From an uncultured Gemmatimonadaceae bacterium (GTDB lineage Bacteria > Gemmatimonadota > Gemmatimonadetes > Gemmatimonadales > Gemmatimonadaceae), in assembly GCA_963843845.1 (NCBI GenBank), contig CAWJMB010000005.1, forward strand, positions 1 through 64,000: 64,000 nt of DNA. Reading direction: 5' to 3'. Made by a program: the position numbers and the translations under genes. This document shows, piece by piece, positions 61,998 through 64,000 of this stretch. Position 1 is the stretch's first letter. Each line of letters starts with the position of its first letter. The notes under the pieces were generated by a model. The model saw only the letters and a program-made list of their open reading frames with translations. It was not told the origin of the DNA and did no database searches.

Positions 61998-62294
61998 CTA
62001 GCTGCGCCCCCCCTTGACCGTTCCCTTGAGCGTCGCGCCGGCGCGGAACGCGGGCACTTTCGTCGCCTTCGCCTTCACCGGCTCCCCCGTCTGCGGGTTG
62101 CGGAACGTGCGCGCCCCGCGCTTCCGCTGCTCGAACGTGCCGAACCCGGCGAGGGCGACGGTGTCGCCCTTCTTCACGGTCTTCGCGATGACGCCGTCGA
62201 CCGGATCGAACAGCATGTTGACGATCGACGCGGCCTTCGTGCGCGGAAGCTCCGCCTCGTCGGCGACGTACTGGATCAGCTCTGCCTTGTTCAT
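61998..62294 (-). CDS. hup: HU-family DNA-binding protein
   Basis: MNKAELI, GFGTF, RNPQTGE, PAFRAG. Confidence 0.95.
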   Translation of the reverse strand: MNKAELIQYVADEAELPRTKAASIVNMLFDPVDGVIAKTVKKGDTVALAGFGTFEQRKRGARTFRNPQTGEPVKAKATKVPAFRAGATLKGTVKGGRS

Positions 62295-62402
62295 GATGTC
62301 GTGAGATGGTGATAGATCCTGCCGGTCGTACTCGAGCGGGCGGCAGTCTGACGACGGCGGCCAGCCTTTCGCAAGGCTCGCCGCGCACTTAGGTTGCGCG
62401 CC

Positions 62403-62483
62403 ATGTCAGTCACGCGCCGCCACCATCATGCGCATCACCGCCACGGCCCCGCGGGCCGCGACGACGCGCACGCGCGCGGCTGA
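62403..62483 (+). CDS. hisL: His-operon leader peptide MSVTRRHHHAHHRHGPAGRDDAHARG
   Basis: 26-aa ORF with 7 His codons (6 within 8 codons) upstream of a terminator hairpin and hisG. Confidence 0.85.
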   Translation: MSVTRRHHHAHHRHGPAGRDDAHARG

Positions 62484-62524
62484 CATCGACCGCTCCAGGT
62501 CACGCCGCTCTCTGCACGTCTCGC

Positions 62525-62559
62525 ACGGCCCGCCACCCCTGGCGGGCCGTTCTCGTTTC
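62525..62559 (+). terminator. his attenuator terminator
   Basis: 11-bp stem ACGGCCCGCCA-CCCC-TGGCGGGCCGT followed by TCTCGTTTC. Confidence 0.8.
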
Positions 62560-62598
62560 GCTCCGTTCCGACGGTCTCCGACCCCCGCACGACGCCGC

Positions 62599-63478
62599 AT
62601 GCTCCGTATCGCACTGCCGAACAAGGGGCGCCTGGCCGACGATGCCCGCGAACTGTTCACCGACGCCGGCCTCGAGGTCCGCGACCGCGGCGACCGCGCG
62701 CTCACCGCGTCGCTCGGCGGGGAGTTCGAGGCGATCTTCGTGCGGGCGCAGGACATTCCGGAGTTCGTCGCCGACGGCGCGGCCGACGCCGGCGTCACCG
62801 GCTGGGACCTCGTCTGCGAGAGTGAGCGCGACCTCGACGCGCTGCTCGACCTCGGCTTCGGACGCTGCCGCATCGTCGTCGCCGCGCGTGAGGACAGCGG
62901 AGTGAGGGACGTGGACGGCGCTGGCCGGCTCGGGGACCTCCGCCCTGCGCGTCGCGACCGTGTTCCCGCGCCTGACGACGCGCTTCTTCGCCGCGCGCGG
63001 CCGCCCGGTGACGATCGTGCCCGTCTCCGGCGCTGTCGAGATCACGCCGCACCTCGGCATCGCGGACGCGATCGTCGACCTCACGTCGACCGGCTCGACG
63101 CTGAAGGTGAACGGGCTGCGCGAGATCGCGACGGTGCTCGAGTCGAGTGCGCGGCTCGTCGCCGCCCCCGGCGCGTCGAGCGACCGGCGGGAAGGGGCGC
63201 GCGCGCTGAACGAGCTGGTCGCCGCGCTCGCCTCGGTGCTCCGCGCGCGCGACCGCCGCTACGTCATGGCGAACGTGCCCCGCGCCGCGCTCGACCAGGT
63301 GAAGCAGGTGCTCCCCGGCATCACCGGCCCGACGGTGATCGACATCATGAACGGCGGCACGTTCGTCGCCGTGCACGCCGTCGTCGCCGCCGCGACGATC
63401 TACCGCACGATCGCGCAGCTCAAGGCGTTAGGCGGTGAGGGGATACTCGTGACGCGGATCGAGCGGTTGATGCCATGA
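62599..63478 (+). CDS. hisG: ATP phosphoribosyltransferase, long form (frameshift near 62930)
   Basis: IALPNKGRL, RAQDIP, GVTGWD, SGAVE, DLTSTGSTL, C-terminal regulatory domain. Confidence 0.93.
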
Positions 63479-64000
63479 CGAAGGCCAAGCGGCGGGGATC
63501 GGGAAGCAGGGATCGGGGATCGGACGACGTTCGTCTCGGCCGGCATCGACTGGGACCTCGACGCGGCCGAGGCGGAGCGCGGCATACGGACCGAGCCGAC
63601 GGCGCCGAGCCTCGAAGGCGCCCGACCCCTGGTCCCCGATCCCCGATCCCCGGTTCGCATCGCCGGCCGCATCGACGCGCTGCGCGACGAGGAGCGGCGG
63701 CATCTGTGCGACCGCTCCACCTCCGCCGACGTCGGGATGCGCACGCGCACCGCGGCGATCCTCGACCGGGTGCGGCGCGACGGCGACGCGGCGCTCGTCG
63801 CGATGGCGCGCGAGTTCGACCGCGTCGAGCTGGCGGCGCTCGAGGTGCCGCGCGAGGAATGGCGCGCCGCGCTCGAAGGGCTCGACGCAGGGCTGCGGCG
63901 CGCCATGGAACGCGCGATCAGGAACGTGACGACCGTGCACACGGCCTTCCGTCCGAAGGCGACCGAGGTCGAGCCGGAGCGCGGCATCGTCGTCGGGCGG
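63475..64000 (+). CDS. hisD: Histidinol dehydrogenase, partial; 5' frameshift and repeat-derived extension
   Basis: Manual translation AILDRVRRDGDAALVAMAREFD...AMERAIRNVTTVH; follows hisG. Confidence 0.85.
   Translation, partial: MTKAKRRGSGSRDRGSDDVRLGRHRLGPRRGRGGARHTDRADGAEPRRRPTPGPRSPIPGSHRRPHRRAARRGAAASVRPLHLRRRRDAHAHRGDPRPGAARRRRGARRDGARVRPRRAGGARGAARGMARRARRARRRAAARHGTRDQERDDRAHGLPSEGDRGRAGARHRRRA

Noticed and set aside
7389..63433. GTTAGGC/GCCTAAC as integron attC sites
   Set aside because: Copies are solitary and mostly inside housekeeping CDSs, with no paired R''/R' boxes at cassette spacing and no integrase.
7391..63500. Frameshifts in OPT, hydrolase, argB, ilvE, ispG, ECF, SSS, M8, wzc-like, cupredoxin, hisG and hisD as programmed recoding or pseudogenes
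   Set aside because: They hit likely essential genes, share no slippery motif, cluster in patches (7.4-8.9 kb, 59.4-59.9 kb) and sometimes compensate. Indel errors are the simpler explanation; read mapping would settle it.

Overview
Very high-GC bacterial chromosome segment. Gene content (SusC/SusD, PorV-like barrel, Tat-type TldD, ECF/kinase pair) suggests Gemmatimonadota; this is inference, not a database result. Positions 1-~7.3 kb are a compositionally distinct island: the left end of an IS3-family element, then a co-oriented cluster encoding a secreted six-cysteine peptide, a DsbA-like oxidoreductase, a probable beta-propeller, an anchor-less GT51 transglycosylase, a GT4 glycosyltransferase with an RRE-like C-terminal winged helix, an M15 peptidase and a SAM methyltransferase. 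This is the best candidate for an undescribed system (a possible glycosylated, disulfide-bonded RiPP). The rest is core-like: OPT transporter, hydrolases, two ECF sigma modules, tldDE, the arg cluster with ARG boxes, ilvE, csp, ispG, susCD, a GH109-centred sugar operon, DNA-repair genes, HU, and the start of the his operon with an unannotated His-rich leader peptide and attenuator. DNA-level patterns: a recurrent GTTRGGC heptamer written with rare codons, four nonamer-built intergenic palindromes, and heptamer-built palindromes inside the argH and hisD 5' ends. Many core genes carry single-base frameshifts, probably sequencing or assembly errors. No rRNA, tRNA or CRISPR array was recognised.
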